The notes under the pieces are model-generated. The model worked only from the letters and a program-made list of their open reading frames with translations, was not told where the DNA came from and did no database searches. A DNA stretch of 62,787 bases, filler included, from Nemertoderma westbladi (Eukaryota > Animalia > Xenacoelomorpha): NCBI GenBank assembly GCA_032718475.1. It is 3 parts of 3 records of this genome, joined end to end, with 100 filler letters (N's around TTAATTAATTAA, not from the genome) between each part and the next. Parts side by side here need not be neighbours in the genome. Positions count along the whole stretch, not along the records: positions 44,172 to 62,787 come from JAUCBJ010000799.1; 2 more parts are not named here. One strand, given 5' to 3'. Made by a program: the position numbers and the translations under genes. This document shows, piece after piece, positions 44,072 through 57,905 of the stretch (its first letter is position 1; each line of letters starts with the position of its first letter).

Positions 44072-44171
44072 NNNNNNNNNNNNNNNNNNNNNNNNNNNNN
44101 NNNNNNNNNNNNNNNTTAATTAATTAANNNNNNNNNNNNNNNNNNNNNNNNNNNNNNNNNNNNNNNNNNNN
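44072..44171. other. Assembly gap/linker
   Basis: 100-nt N run with TTAATTAATTAA. Confidence 0.98.
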
Positions 44172-44457
44172 TATGGTATACAATAGAACCATCTCGAAAC
44201 TCATCTTGGAATCCCTGGTTTTCACAGAAATACATTAGCAGGGCGTGTTCTTAACTGACCCATCCCCTGTACAGAAATAACCATCTCTCCTGAGAATTTC
44301 CATTTCTCTTTAACTTCTCTCTGAAACAAAATACTTCAAGTATTGAAATCTACCAAGTGATTGGACTTTGGAGACTTTGGATTTTATTTGAAATTGAGAT
44401 GAGATTTACGACAAAAACAGGTATGTTTAAAAGCAATAGAATAACTAAACAGATTTA

Positions 44458-46556
44458 GGCCCGGGTCACACATTAGCTCTCAACATTGGACTATCAACTT
44501 TCAAATAACTAAGTCCAGGTTCACACATAAACATTCAACTTTCCGCTCATAAAAATGACAGTATTATATTGCTTAGACCAGATATAAAGGGAAGAACAAT
44601 TTTCAGTTGGCAGTTTTATAAATCTATATTGTTTTATCGATAATAAGCGTTTTTTTATTTTATTTAAAGTAATATATTTAATATGGATAACTAAATCTAT
44701 GACGTAATATTAGCATAATTATATGCCTTATATTGCTGGCGAAATAAACGCCGATATTGAGTTCACCCGATCAATCAAAAAAAGGTTGTACGGCGTTATC
44801 GAAAACTTTATCAAAATGTGCGAGTAGATAAAATAAATAAAGGATATTTTTTAATTATATATACGAGAAAGTCAATTTCATCCCTTGATAAATTGCTCTC
44901 ATCTATAGAACCCCATATAGAGAGATAGCAAGTGGAGGAAGTCTATACCGGGCTATGCAAGACTACTTCTAACTTTAAAGGTAAAGTATATAACATAAAC
45001 GGATCTAGGACACTTCCCCCCCGGACACTTCCCCCCCGCCCAAGTAGGACACTTCCCCCCGGACACTTCCCCCCCAGTTAAAGTGTTAAAATTATTCTGG
45101 GTGCATCAAAGCAATAAACAAAAGTTAAAGATGGTTACAGGACAAGTTGTATCTAGACAAGTTTTTTCAAAATTATAAAAGAAACGTTTTGTTTGTTTTT
45201 CTTTTAATTCCTTTAATTCTTTTAATTTCTTTTAATTGGGGGCTGCCGCCCCCAAACCCCCGCTTCTTTTGTTGGGGGCTACCGCCCCCAAACCCCCGCT
45301 TCTTTTCTTGGGGGCGGCCGCCCCCAAACCCCCGCTTCTTTTCTTGGGGGCGGCCGCCCCCAAACCCCCGCTTATTTTCTTGGGGGTTATCGCCCCCAGA
45401 CCCCGGCATTTCCCTGAGTGCCCGTGGTGAAAGACTTAAGACCACTTTGAAATATTTAATTCATGTTTGTATCATCAGATAATAAACTGACTAAGCCTAA
45501 AGTAGGAGCTGTATTGAATGTTAATCAATTTAATATATAAATTACTACAATATTATAAAATTCAACAAAATCCTATTAAAAATATTGCAAGTAACCAGGA
45601 AATTTAATATGTAGTGTGTATAATATCTATATAGTATGTATAGTAGTAATATGTATATCAATATGTAATGCTGAACACAGAATACAGGTCGACGCATGTC
45701 GATTTTACCCTGGAGAGTTATAATTTTGATTGCAATAATAGTATTCATCCCCATCTGCTACAATTTGAAGAAGACTATTACATAATAATACCTATAATTA
45801 AAACAATTAATTATTATAATTCTATAGTTAATAAAAACAGTATATCATTCCGGGGATGGAATTTATAGGTCATCTAATATAATTAATTGTTTAAAGATTA
45901 GCAAACAATACGATGTAATTGCATTGATAAAACCCATAAATAAAACTTGGATATAAAATGTAAAATCGGGATGCAAAAGATCACTTTCTGAGCTACGAAA
46001 GGAAAATTGGATACAACTTATCTGGATACAAGCGGTCCGTTTACCTTACAAAATGAAAAACACGAATGTGCGAAGTTAAGAACAGTCGGGGGGAAGTGTC
46101 CGCGGGGGGAAGTGTCTGGGGGGGAAGTGTCCGCGGGGGGGAAGTGTCTGGGGGGGAAGTGTACGGGGGGGAAGTGTCCTACTTGAGCGGGGGGGAACTG
46201 TCCGGGGGGGGAAGTGTCCGGGGGGGAAGTGTCCTACTTGAGTGGGGGGGGGGAACTGTCCGGGGGGGAAGTGTCCGGGGGGGAAGTGTCCGAACACCAA
46301 CATAAACTTAAGTTATACTGTACAGTAGCTGCTATAATTTATAAACATTACTTCTGATTGGATGTCAATGCTGGAAATGCCAGCTTTCAACCTTCATGTA
46401 AGATAGAACATAGGACTAGTGCATTTTGAAAGTTGAAAGTTGCATATTGAAAGTTTACTGTGTATGTGTGAACATCCTAATAGATCCAACAATATGTTCT
46501 ATCTTTTAATTGAAAGTTGAATGTTGAAAGTTGAAAGCTCATGTGTGACCCAGACC
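44458..46556. mobile_element. PIF/Harbinger-like non-autonomous element
   Basis: Imperfect TIR GGCCCGGGTCACACATTAGCTCTCAAC / GTTGAAAGCTCATGTGTGACCCAGACC; TTA on both sides (44455-44457, 46557-46559). Confidence 0.7.
45001..46298. mobile_element. Mutator(MULE)-like non-autonomous element nested in the Harbinger-like element
   Basis: 9-bp TSD AACATAAAC (44992-45000, 46299-46307); GG..CC ends; inverted GGACACTTCCCCCC subterminal repeats; internal 36-bp repeat x5 at 45237-45410. Confidence 0.8.
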
Positions 46557-46694
46557 TTAAATATTAAATATATAAAGGGATAACCAACCATTTAACAAAG
46601 TAGAAGTAGTTAGGTTTAAGCTTAGGCTGTAGGGAGGCTGTAGTGACTGAATACGAACCAGTACCTGTTCGTGGTCCTGGTACCGGTAAGGCAT

Positions 46695-49500
46695 ATGGCA
46701 GAATTACCTAAGGCACAGTCAGATATTTTGACATTGTTTGCAAATATCAAGCGAAAGAAAAGCGTAGCCAACGATGATGAGAAACATTTGGCTGAAATGC
46801 TATCAACTTTGAACTCGCTGTTTACTGATGCGCGAAAAATTATATAATGACTTTGTCCGATCTTGCAGTTTCATGAAAAGAAACTTTGGATGCTCGGAAA
46901 GAAACCATGGTGGCGAAGAACGAGCTTTTGGCATATTTACAACACCCGAGTAACAACCCCGGTTCCGGCATGCCCCTGTACAGCTCTGTCATGCAACGGA
47001 ACCCCAGCGCGACCCCGCCCCGGTTTGCCAAAGTGCTCCAACTGGCGGGTCAAACCAGATGTTTCCATCAACGGACCATGGCCCGAGCAGACCTGCACCG
47101 GCACTGCAGGGCAGCTGAGCTGGTGGGCCCCTCCATGTTGCCAAAGGAAACCAGAACGAAAATGGTGGGAAATCGCACATACATATAGGTCGACAAGATC
47201 CATCTACTACATGCGATGAAATTGCGAACTTCCTTAAGGACGAGGAAGTTCCTTTCGACGACATAGCCAAGCTTCCTCTCAAGGATGTAAACTCACCATT
47301 TTTGAGTTTCCACATCATATGCGACAGGCAACACTGTGAAGCACTGATGGATACCGATCTGTGGGAATCTGGAATCACCATTCGAAATTACCAGCTGACA
47401 GACTCTGAGCGAGAAGAACTCGGTCTACGATGTCGTCCAGAACACCGTCCAGAAAGCCATCCAATTGCTGATTATGGCAACACTGCAGGTCCGGTTACCG
47501 GAATCGGACAACCATCTGAATAGGACAGGAGCAATATAGTACATATATGGGTACGCCTATGGAATGTCGAAGGTTTTCGCTACCTTGTACAAAACTTAAC
47601 AGAACCCGAACTATATGGAAATGCTGATGTAATTCTACTTAATGAAACACTGTACACAGATCTCACTTTCTAATCTAGCTCATTCTACTCCTTCATCCAT
47701 CCTGCTACAAAGCAAAGTAGAGGGTGCCCAATAGGCGGTCTTATTGTTTTGTGTAAACCAAACCTCTTCCCTTGCTGTCCCAAACAATGCAACAACTACC
47801 TAGTTATCAAAACATTTGCATGTTTCTTTGCAATATTCTATCTGGTCCCGGACACTCCACTAGAGGAAATACTTTTGGAAATAACTAATGCACTGACTTT
47901 ACAAATAGAACCCTTCCTATTGTTATTGCAGGCAATTTCAACTGTAGGTTGGACTCCGGAACCCATGGATCAGAGTTGATTGATGACTTACCTAACCAAT
48001 TGCCTAACCACCCTGGATATCCCTACGTACATATCACCCCAAGGGGAGAGTGTCATTGACTTGATTTTCGTCAGATACCTTGCTACTGTTCCCTCTCTAT
48101 TGCTAATTGCAGCGATCGCTTCGAACCCCATTAGGAAGCACCATCAAGTCAATACAACCTTCGTGTTCAATTCAGCCGAAAACGCTAATGGTATCAATGC
48201 TTCCTGTCCTACTCCACAACTATTGCGAAAACTCGATCTCGACGTCTTTCTATCACACCGTAACCCTACCATGCTACAGCAATCCTCAATCACTGACTTC
48301 AGCACAGCATCCGATCTTCTTACACAATGCATCGATGACTCTACACGTGCCATCCATCCGTCTCGACACGGTAAACCATAGTTCGACTCCGAATGCAAGG
48401 CTCTAAAGCAACAGCTAATACATGCCATGGCTCAATGGAAGAATTCAATCAGTGATGGTCTGCTATTCTGGGATTTGCGGAAACGTTACAAGGCATTGAT
48501 TAAACTGAAACGGGTTATGTTCAAGGAAGCTAAACCCATAGAACTGATTGACAACTCGGAGGTAAAACAGTGTTATTAACCAACAACCGCCAAAGAACTG
48601 TCACGCTGATAGACTCCGATACACTCGAGATGCATTTCCGTAACCTACTTTGCCATAATGTAGATCCACCGAACGTACCAACTGTTCCACTTACAACGCG
48701 AGCTGAACGCGAAGAGGGGGAATGGAACAACACCCCGATCACTGAAGAGGAAATAATGGAGAGTATTAGTGACTCAAAGAACAACAAAGCCTCAGGAATT
48801 GATGGAATCTTTTACGAGCATTCAAAGGCAACACAACTGTTCATAACCACAATACTATGTTTGCTATACAATGCATGTCTTGCTATAGGAAAGTTGCCTC
48901 TAGTTTGGAAGCAGAGTATAATAAAAATAATATTCAAAGGCAAAGGTGCACTTTCGAATCCTGATAACTACAGGGGAATAGCGCTGATTGAAGTATTCAT
49001 CAAGATATTCACCTCGATCATCAACAAACGTGTATGGAAATTTATGGCCCATCTCATACCTGCTGAACAGTATGGTTTCATGGCTAATCGCTCTACAATC
49101 CAAGCGCTTAACATCCTTATATCTGACATCTACTTAGCATTTCAATCCAATACAGTCTCTCAACGAACTGTCTATGTCACATTTGTCGATTTCAAAAAGG
49201 CTTTTGATTTCGTAAGCAGATCAATTCTACTTTACAAGCTCTATGGATTCGGAATAAAAGGTAAACTATTCAATATTATCCAAGATCTGCTTGATAACTA
49301 CATACGAGACTTCGATACGAGCCCACCATGTTTTAATATATTCATAGTGGACTTAGCGACAGCACTATGCCAGGGCCAGGGAATTGCTATCCTTAAATTC
49401 CTGTTTTTCATGGATGACCTCGCCCTATACTCTTCTGACAAGGAAGCTATCCATTGTGGACTAGATATTCTCCATGCCTGGTGTACCTCCAATGGTATAC
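46695..49500 (+). pseudogene. Decayed LINE: ORF1 (46695-47523) plus APE-RT ORF2
   Basis: SFHIIC..LWESGITIR; WNVEG, PTYISPQGESVIDLIF; KASGIDGI, NYRGIAL, QYGF, FVDFKKAFD, FMDDL. Multiple stops and an internal deletion. Confidence 0.8.
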
Positions 49501-49599
49501 TGCATGGATATGCAGCATACCATACGCAGTGGCGGAGATCTGTATTTGGGAGTGGGGGGGGGGGGGGGGGGGGGGGGAATCCGAAGCACTATTGAGCTC

Positions 49600-50510
49600 A
49601 TCAATCAGTGTGATGGACCCAAATTTATAGGATGGCATTGCTAAAGGATCACCCTGCGTGAATCCCTCTGATGGAAGTATGTACTCACCACCAATAAACA
49701 ATTTAGTTGGCTGGGTGTAGCACTTCTAAGACAATAGTTCAAAGTGAGAGGCAGATGATACCAATGTTGGTAGTAGAGACAGCACGGTTGATTGAATTAA
49801 ATGCATTAAAACCTTCAAAGCGCAGCATAATTGGATGGAGCCACCTACACTCTCGAGAGACTACGATCTCATCTGATATCATCTGAGAGACTATGAATAC
49901 CCGTTTTACTAATGATATCCTGCAACACCTCACCGATTCTGATTGGACATACCCCTGGACATTTATCAATCGCCACAATGTGACAGGCAAAGATGACAGG
50001 TGGTGTGAATCAAGTTATGTCTGTGCAATCTTCTGAGCAATGCAGGCTATACTGGAACATAGTTCTGTCAAGGAGTAATGGAACCATGAAGCGAGGTGCT
50101 TCCACCCCTGCAAATCAAGCCCCGATATCCCAGCTGCATTCCATGGATGTTGAAAAGGTACTTTAGGACTACTTCGGCATTAATCATCTCTAAAACAACA
50201 GGGTGATATTCTGGGGCATGGTGAAACTCATTTAAGAGAGTTGAAGAATCAGCAGGGGCAGCTGGGGGGGTGTTTATCAAGGAGAAACTCACGAACAGTC
50301 TTTGTCACACCATTCTTATCAGTAACAACCTCACCGAGATCAATAACCTTACCCTTTCCTAACTCGTTTAAGCATCTGATGGCGGCATGGACTGGACATT
50401 CCCAGCAAGCATAATGCTTGCTGAATGCCTTCTCCACTGCTGTATTGTGAAGCTCAACCACACAAGCTGACCATTTCGGCAGGTCGGCCTGAATGGCACT
50501 AGCCTGTCTC
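49600..50510 (-). pseudogene. Fragments of a CRE-like RT
   Basis: EGFTQGDPLAM, NAFNSINR and YHPVVLEMINAE segments; highly decayed. Confidence 0.55.
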
Positions 50511-50581
50511 AGTAGGAGGTATAGGAGGCTGATACAAAATAGGTATATAACCTATAAATATTTAATTTAATTGAGACTCAA

Positions 50582-50968
50582 TTAAAACCAAGTAATGTAA
50601 GTTGATAATAATATTACATATGGCGTATGGTCAATAATAAATAGTATGTAAATTAATGCACGATTAATGAATAAACATCTCTGGTATACTTCATTTATAT
50701 CACTGAAAAATGATTTAATGGATGGAAAATCAATCTGCAGGATCAAATCATGTCTAAACAGAACCAGGGAGACATTTTCAGGTGGGATTCTGGACCATCG
50801 ACCTGTTACGATGGCGAGTCCGACGGCGAGTCGCATTGAAGATAACCTGAAACGGATCCAAGCTAGTCGACAGAATTCTGGAATATCCACTCGGATATGA
50901 TACAAAGGTGATTGGAGTGAAGCTTTCATGCGGCTTTGCAGTTTACCTCGCAATATGGACACTGCCAT
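50582..50968 (-). pseudogene. 3' tail of a LINE ORF2
   Basis: IRFRLSSMRLA..TGRWSRIPPEN resembles the RFRLSSH.L.IETGRW C-terminal motif of RTE-X-type LINEs. Confidence 0.5.
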
Positions 50969-52858
50969 GTAAATTTACATAATATGTATATGGTAAAAAA
51001 TAGTTACCAGGCCAATTGTAATGGTTATATGACGTCAGGCAATTACAAATTCTGGGATGGCATGACAATTGTGATCTGAACAGTATTGGATTAATGGTAA
51101 TTTTGTCATCAGGGGGTTGCCATGTAAATAGTGATACATATACCTACAATCTTAATAATTATTAAATTTATGTTTATGCGTTTGGGGGATAAATTTACCT
51201 TTTCTATGATATCATAAATATCATATTCTACTTTGACCTTTTGACGTGGATATAACACAATGGGTTCACTGTTAGTCAATGTTGTAGTAATGCGAAGTCC
51301 TTCTCCACCACCATTGGTATTAGTGGAAGCTGCAACGAAAACAGGGATGAAACTTGACTTCTTATAGCTATATATAAATTATACATAAAAGGGAATATGT
51401 ATTCACTTTTTAAAGTTGATTTTATATAAATTTGGTCATTTTTTGGTTTCATATCGACATATCTCAACATTCATATGCTTCGATGTGTCATTCTTCTTGA
51501 TGATTTGTTTGGTTATAACTGGTCGAGTGACCCTTCATTTCGTGGGTTAGCCCTTTTGGCTTTATAGACAGACTACTGACATGGATTACTGACTGCGGAT
51601 GGGATAATAATAATTGATTATACTTACTTATAGTATAAGTAAGAATATATACTGTTATACATTATACTAGAAGTAAATGTGAATTAAAAAGACTCCACTT
51701 CTCCATTTATATATTATATTGTAAAAGTTAGGCATTAGACAGGCTTATACTGCGTAATGTGTGAGAAATGAAAACAGCAGTCATGCTGTGTGATTATATA
51801 TTATATGTAAGAGTGTTGGTAAGATGCTTGGGGGTCAAAAGGGAACATCCCCTTAACTACAGTGGATGGATAGAAGACTATGAGTTCGAGTCCAAGCAAT
51901 GTAGCAATGTTTCCTAAAGTCATAAAGGCAAAGTCATTTATATCCTGTTGATAAGTCTAAGTTTATCTTTCATTGACAGAAATTTTATAAACTCTTAAAG
52001 ATTTCTGTAAACATTCAAAAGTGAATAGGTTCTTTATTTATTTCCATTGTTTACTTTTCATATAATGGGCACTGACTTTAATTGGTGTGGCAAATCTTTC
52101 TGGTTCTTTTTTTCCTCGTATAATAAGAAGGCGCATCTGCTTTTTGTAATTAATTTGAATTCTCGAAATTTACATTCTACATTTAATAATATATTAAGCA
52201 TTACTTGGACGCTTACCAGGAACTATTTCTGCTTCTGAGAAACTCAAAGTTTGTGTTTGAGTTTCGGGAGTGGGGTTTTCAAATACCCTCGCAGGTGTAT
52301 CATGATTCTTCTTAAATGGTTTTGATATTTCTCTCATAGACCAACTGATAAATACAATTATACATTTATTACACTTTAGTTACAATTAAATAAATAAGTA
52401 ATTTAGTTCCAATCCAGGCATGAAAGTTTATGTGCATAACTACAAATAATTCCACACAAATAAATAAATTAGATTCGCCATTATTCATAATTAGCACATT
52501 TAAGCTTTTACGGCCCTCGTTCTATTATTTCCCTCGCTGTCGCTCTGGAAACAAAATCACTCGTGACTTAACGCTATAAAGAGCTATTTTATCAGCAATG
52601 ACGTATTATAGTTATAATCAAAATTCCATTAATTTAGTTTACGGTTGATTCTTATCAACAATAAACATAAACAGTAGGCTGTGAGGCTGTTGCGCATGCA
52701 CAATGTGCTAATGATTCTCAGTTATTGTTTATTAATTTTGTTTAGATCAAAATCATCTGCGCCACTGCACCCCAGCATCATCTGCGCCACTACCTTAATC
52801 TTGTGCTTTTTCCCATTTCATAGTACGCTTTAGTTACTTTTTAGTAAATTAGTGTGAT

Positions 52859-53369
52859 TAGGGCCTGAAGCGGTTAACCAGTTAATTCAAATTAACCGGT
52901 TAGAAATTGATTAACCGGTTAACTGACTTAATGTCCCATTTTGAGGTTTTCAGGTTCTGTAACCAGTTTTATTACCTGTATGTTATCATTTTAATGTGTA
53001 TTTCCCATTGCGATGTTTCAGAAATTCATTGTGTACTGTATGCAGCTGTAGGGCTACAGTACAGTATACATACACTATAGTACTGGTGGCTCTATCACAA
53101 TAGAGCAATAGAGGCACTATACTATACAGTATTGCAAGTAGGGACGGGTACTTCTTTAGCTTAGCTTTCATAATAAATATACATACTGGTACTGTAGCTT
53201 AAGTTTGGGGACTGTCAGCGATATAACTTTCAGTTTCATAGTATGTACCGTAGTATGTATGCTGCTCCATTGCACGATAGGTTGTAGGTCTAGGTAGGTT
53301 TCTACTTATTAACCGGTTAATTGGAAATGTTTAACCGGTTGACTGAAAAATTAACCGCTTCAGGCCCTA
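52859..53369. mobile_element. hAT-like MITE
   Basis: Perfect 19-bp TIR TAGGGCCTGAAGCGGTTAA; 8-bp TSD AGTGTGAT (52851-52858, 53370-53377); TTAACCGGTTAA subterminal motifs. Confidence 0.9.
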
Positions 53370-53764
53370 AGTGTGATCTTTTATTTTAATTACTTTCTCT
53401 TTGCTTTTTTAGTTACTCTATATTATATACTCACTATTAATGTGATTTCATTTTAAATAGCTGTAATTTAGTTGCTGTAATTAATTAATTTTTATAATAG
53501 TGTTTTGAAATCTCCTCTAAATCTAGATCACTATACAGTAGGATAGGCCTCGCCTATATTTATTACTGGCTGGCAATACCCGAGACGGGTTACCCGGTAT
53601 TTCCCGATAATTGTGGGGTGAGCGACGAAAGTATGCGAGCTTAGCATACAGGTACCACTAACTCAATCGGTGTCTTTTTGTTCTGTCGTTCTGTTGTGTT
53701 CAATTTTAAATGTTAAAATAGCCAAATATTGATGAAATATATCCAAACTTGGTACACCGGCGAA

Positions 53765-53903
53765 CCGAAGGCTGCTCCCAGTTATTTAACTGGTACTCAT
53801 TTTATCGACCCCAGTGGATGAAAGGCTGAGTGGACCCTGGCGGGGCTGAACCTACAACCAATAGATTGCAGGCCCGGCGCTCTACAAACTGAGCTACCCC
53901 GCC
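53765..53903 (-). mobile_element. tRNA-derived SINE (Meta-domain-like core)
   Basis: GGCGGGGTAGCTCAGTTTG (A box), GGTTCAGCCCC (B box), then CTCAGCCTTTCATCC..GGTCGATAAAATGAGTACCAG. Confidence 0.7.
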
Positions 53904-54502
53904 TTCCATTTACACGGTACACATTTAGTCTGGCAAAAGTTTAGAAATTTTCCAAGTTGAATTTCCGTGTGGCCTTCGAGAAGCTAAGATAATAGCAGTT
54001 AATTATTTAATTAAGTTGATTAGGGTAAAATCAGCATTTTAAAGCCTGTCTTTTAATGGAGATTAATTATTTTATAGTATAAGATATAAATAATTATATT
54101 TAAAAGTTATACAGGTTTAATCCCCATACCCCATTCCATTATAGTTTTTAATTAGTTCAAGTGATTTGCTTTAAGAAATGTGTTTTTAATTGATCTAAAC
54201 GTAATTAGGTCATCAACTGCCCTCGTCACTCACTCTATACCTCCTTCATTCCTTGGCATACTAGCTATTGCCTATACAGCCAGTACAATCATCTCATCAC
54301 AGTACTAGGCAACGCAACGGGTAATTACATCTATAGGCCATAGGCAAGGCACTACTAGTGTAAATAAGTCAGCTTGCTTAATTTATCTCGCAAAATGATT
54401 GCATGGAGTATTTAATCATATTCTTTAGAATCATTAGCTAAATAATTTCGTTGAGGTTTGACCTTATAAATTAATATTTCAGTATCAATACTATCGGCAT
54501 AA

Positions 54503-54812
54503 AGCCCCGTTCACATCCAACAGTGCGTGAGCGGTAAAGTAGTCTGGCGGTATTGAAGCAGTAAGCCAGCGGTACACTACTACCCGGAGCCCGTTCACAC
54601 CCAACGGTACCGTTGCGGTAACTGATTGTCTATCTGTCGACTGTGAATTCAACAGGAAATTACATTAATTGTTTTAACATTGTTTAAATGGGCTGCGGTA
54701 AACCGCGCGGTTTAGCGCACAACTACCTGTTGGGTCGTTCACAGTCAGCGGTGTACCGCTGGCCCTGCGGTACATTACGCGGTGTACCGTTCCGTTGGAT
54801 GTGAACGGGCCT
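54503..54812. mobile_element. PIF/Harbinger-like MITE
   Basis: AGCCCCGTTCACATCCAAC / GTTGGATGTGAACGGGCCT; flanks TAA and TTA. Confidence 0.7.
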
Positions 54813-54815
54813 TTA

Positions 54816-55199
54816 GGGGCCGTCCAAGTATGACGTCTGCACTTTTCACCAAAATGTTGACCCCCTCCCTCCCCTAAATCAGATGTCATCAGATAGGCGT
54901 TGACACACCCCCCTCCCCTAAATCAGATTAAATTTTTTTTGCGTCCTAATCACTGAAACATGGTGACTGGTAACTGAAACAGAAGGTCGTGCGTGCTACG
55001 GGCCTTGGGGGCTTCGAACAATTAAAATAGGCAAGCTATTTACTCTTCTGCTATATCTCTTCTAGCACCTATAAATGACCATGCTGACGTCAGATTTTTG
55101 CTGACCCCCTCCCCTCCCCTCCCCTCATCAGCACGTCATCAGATTTTCTCAACCCCCCCCCCCCCCCCTAAAGTGCTGACGTCATACTTGGACGGCCCC
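54816..55199. mobile_element. PIF/Harbinger-like MITE
   Basis: Perfect 22-bp TIR GGGGCCGTCCAAGTATGACGTC; TTA on both sides. Confidence 0.85.
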
Positions 55200-56341
55200 T
55201 TAGGTAAGTTTTAATAATTTTTACAAATTGGGTTGCCTCCACACCTAATGTTACTTTTAAAACACAAATTTCCTGTTAATACCTCTGCCTTTCAGTAATC
55301 CTCTGTGCTCTTTTAGATTGGGGTGGTGTAGATTAAGAGGGCGGTTGAAGCGAGGGAGGGAACTTTCCTCTCTTCTTTGATTTATTCTTATTGGCGATTT
55401 GGATAAATTTCTTATATATTTATTTAAATTTCTTAAGTACCGATTTTGGGATAGAATTGCTCAATTTTAATCTGTATCTGATAAATGCAGATAGTGGCGC
55501 ACTTTGACCGCAAGCGAAAATCGTGATCTTCAGCGCAAATTGACCGCAAGTGAATTAATGCATAGTTTATTATTTTGGTTAGAAAATACTGCCACTGTAA
55601 CCTGCTCCTTTCCCTTAATGTTTTTATTTAAATTAATTAAATTAAATTAATTTTTCAAACCCACTAAAATTTATTTTGTGTTTGTGGTCAATCCGCGCCA
55701 TTGACTCGATAAATGAGCCTCGTCCTGCGCGAAGGCCCCACGAACGTGTATTGCTAGGCCTACCTAATGCAGAATGCCTGTTTAATGTCTGTTTACTACC
55801 GGTACCGGTTCCGCCAAGACTGGCAATAACCGGTACAGAACGTGAATTAAACTTTTCGAAAAGTGGCCTATAATGGGCGCTCGTTAAAGTTATACTATAC
55901 ACACACGCCAAGTCCCAGCGCTCAATCCCTCCGTCTGTTTTGGAGTAGTTCGAGCACAACAGAGAGACAAGACAGGCAGGGAGAGAGAGAATTGGACATT
56001 TATAGGTATAGATTATAGATTAATAATTAAAAAATAACTCACCGGAGTCTTTCTGCTTTTAATTTGTTGTTATGAATTTTAATTACAATATCCGTTCCCA
56101 TTCCTGTCTGATGCACGGCGTATTGCGTAATTAAATGATTTAAATCTGCAATAACGGCTTCTGCTTCAATTTGAGTTGCGGTTGTCGTGTTGGTTGCCAT
56201 GTTAATCTATAATTCGCCACCTTTTAATTTTTAATCGAAGTCTGACTTTCTTTGTAAGTTTGTTTAATGACCTGTTCACAACATGAAGTAGAGCTGCACT
56301 CTCCTCCACTGATACTATTGGGAATAAATGGGCCGCTTTTT

Positions 56342-57634
56342 ATGGCAGTGATTTTTTATGTCCTTTTATTTGACTTTTTTTGTCCTCCTTTTTTTACGAA
56401 TTGTGCATAATGACTTTTGTTGTCCCTTTAATGACTTTTGTTGTCCTTTTAATGACTTTTTATGTATGTATTTCTTCAAACTGTCAGACTGCTGATTTCT
56501 GGACTGTCAGACAGTTGATTTCAACATGCCTATGCCAAAACATTCAAAATTTGTTGATTTCTGGTCTGTCGGACAGTTGGTTTCACTATGCCTGTGCCAA
56601 AACATTCCATTATTTATAGACCATGAGATCGATTTCCATATGCGCCTGTAGTAAAAGACTCTAAATTTAATAGTTTGTGGTTGTTGTCGATAATCGATTA
56701 CCACATGACGTTGCAAAACACTCATTTTATAGCCAAAAACAATTACCAATTGATGGAAAGGAGCAGGTTAAGGCCGGATTTTCTAACCAAAACAATAAAC
56801 AGTCACTTTATTAAATGAAGGAAAGGAGCAGGTTACAGAGGCGGGCCTTTCTAACCAAAACAATAAACGATCATTTAACTAATTGAGGGAAAGGAGCGGT
56901 TACAGAGGCGGGATTTTCTAACCAAAACAATAAACAGTCACTTTACCAAATCAGGGAAAGGAGCAGGTTACAGATACGGGATTTTCTAACCAAAACAATA
57001 AACGATAACATTACCAATTGAGAGAAAGGAGCAGGTTACAGAGGCGGGATTTTCTAACCAAAACAATAAACGGTAACATTACCAATTGAGAGAAAGGAGC
57101 AGGTTACAGAGGCGGAATTTCCTAACCAAAACAATAAACGATCATTTAACTAATTGAGGGAAGGGGCAGGTTGCAGAGGCGGGATTTTCTAACCAAAACA
57201 ATAAACAGTCACTTTATAAAATGAAGGAAAGGAGCAGGTTACAGAGGCGGGCTTTTCTAACCAAAACAATAAAAGGTCACTTTACCAATTGAGAGAAAGG
57301 AGCAGGTTACAGAGGCGGAATTTCCTAACCAAAACAATAAACGATCATTTAACTAATTGAGGGAAGGGGCAGGTTGCAGAGGCGGGATTTTCTAACCAAA
57401 TCAATAAACAGTCACTTTATAAAATGAAGGAAAGGGGCAGGTTACAGAGGCGGGCTTTTCTAACCAAAACAATAAAAGGTCACTTTACCAAATCAGGGAA
57501 AGGAGCAGGTTAGAGAGGGGGGATTTTCTAACCAAAACAACCGGTCAGCCGGTAGGCCTACCATTACCGCATTTAAATGGTAGGCTACACAATAGGCCTA
57601 CAGCAGTACCGGTGGCGGAACCGGTACTAAAATA
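56342..57634 (-). mobile_element. Inverted copy B of the 68-bp-minisatellite element
   Basis: Reverse complement of 2513-3610 with more repeat units (56755-57540). Confidence 0.8.
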
Positions 57635-57710
57635 CCTAAAATACCTGCTTTATACCTACATCTGTACATACAATACAACAATACTGCAAAATAGTGCTCT
57701 ATATACTATT

Positions 57711-57905
57711 ACCGGTACTGATAGCCTGATAGAACAGCAGTAGAGAAACCGGTAGCATGGAACCTAACGGTAAATTTCTGGAGGACATAAAAAGTAAAAA
57801 AAAAACTAATACCGGTACTGCTAGCTTGAGAGAACAGCAGTAGAGAAACCGGTAGCATGGAACCTAACGGTAGATTTCTGGAGGACATAAAAAGTAAAAA
57901 AAAAA
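57711..57905. repeat. 100-bp tandem duplication
   Basis: ACCGGTACTG..GGAGGACATAAAAAGTAAAAA at 57711 and 57811. Confidence 0.85.

Noticed and set aside
53830-53903. tRNA gene
   Set aside because: A and B boxes are present, but there is no 3' acceptor stem and it runs into a SINE core. The B-box-like motifs near 59365 and 51885 are also isolated.
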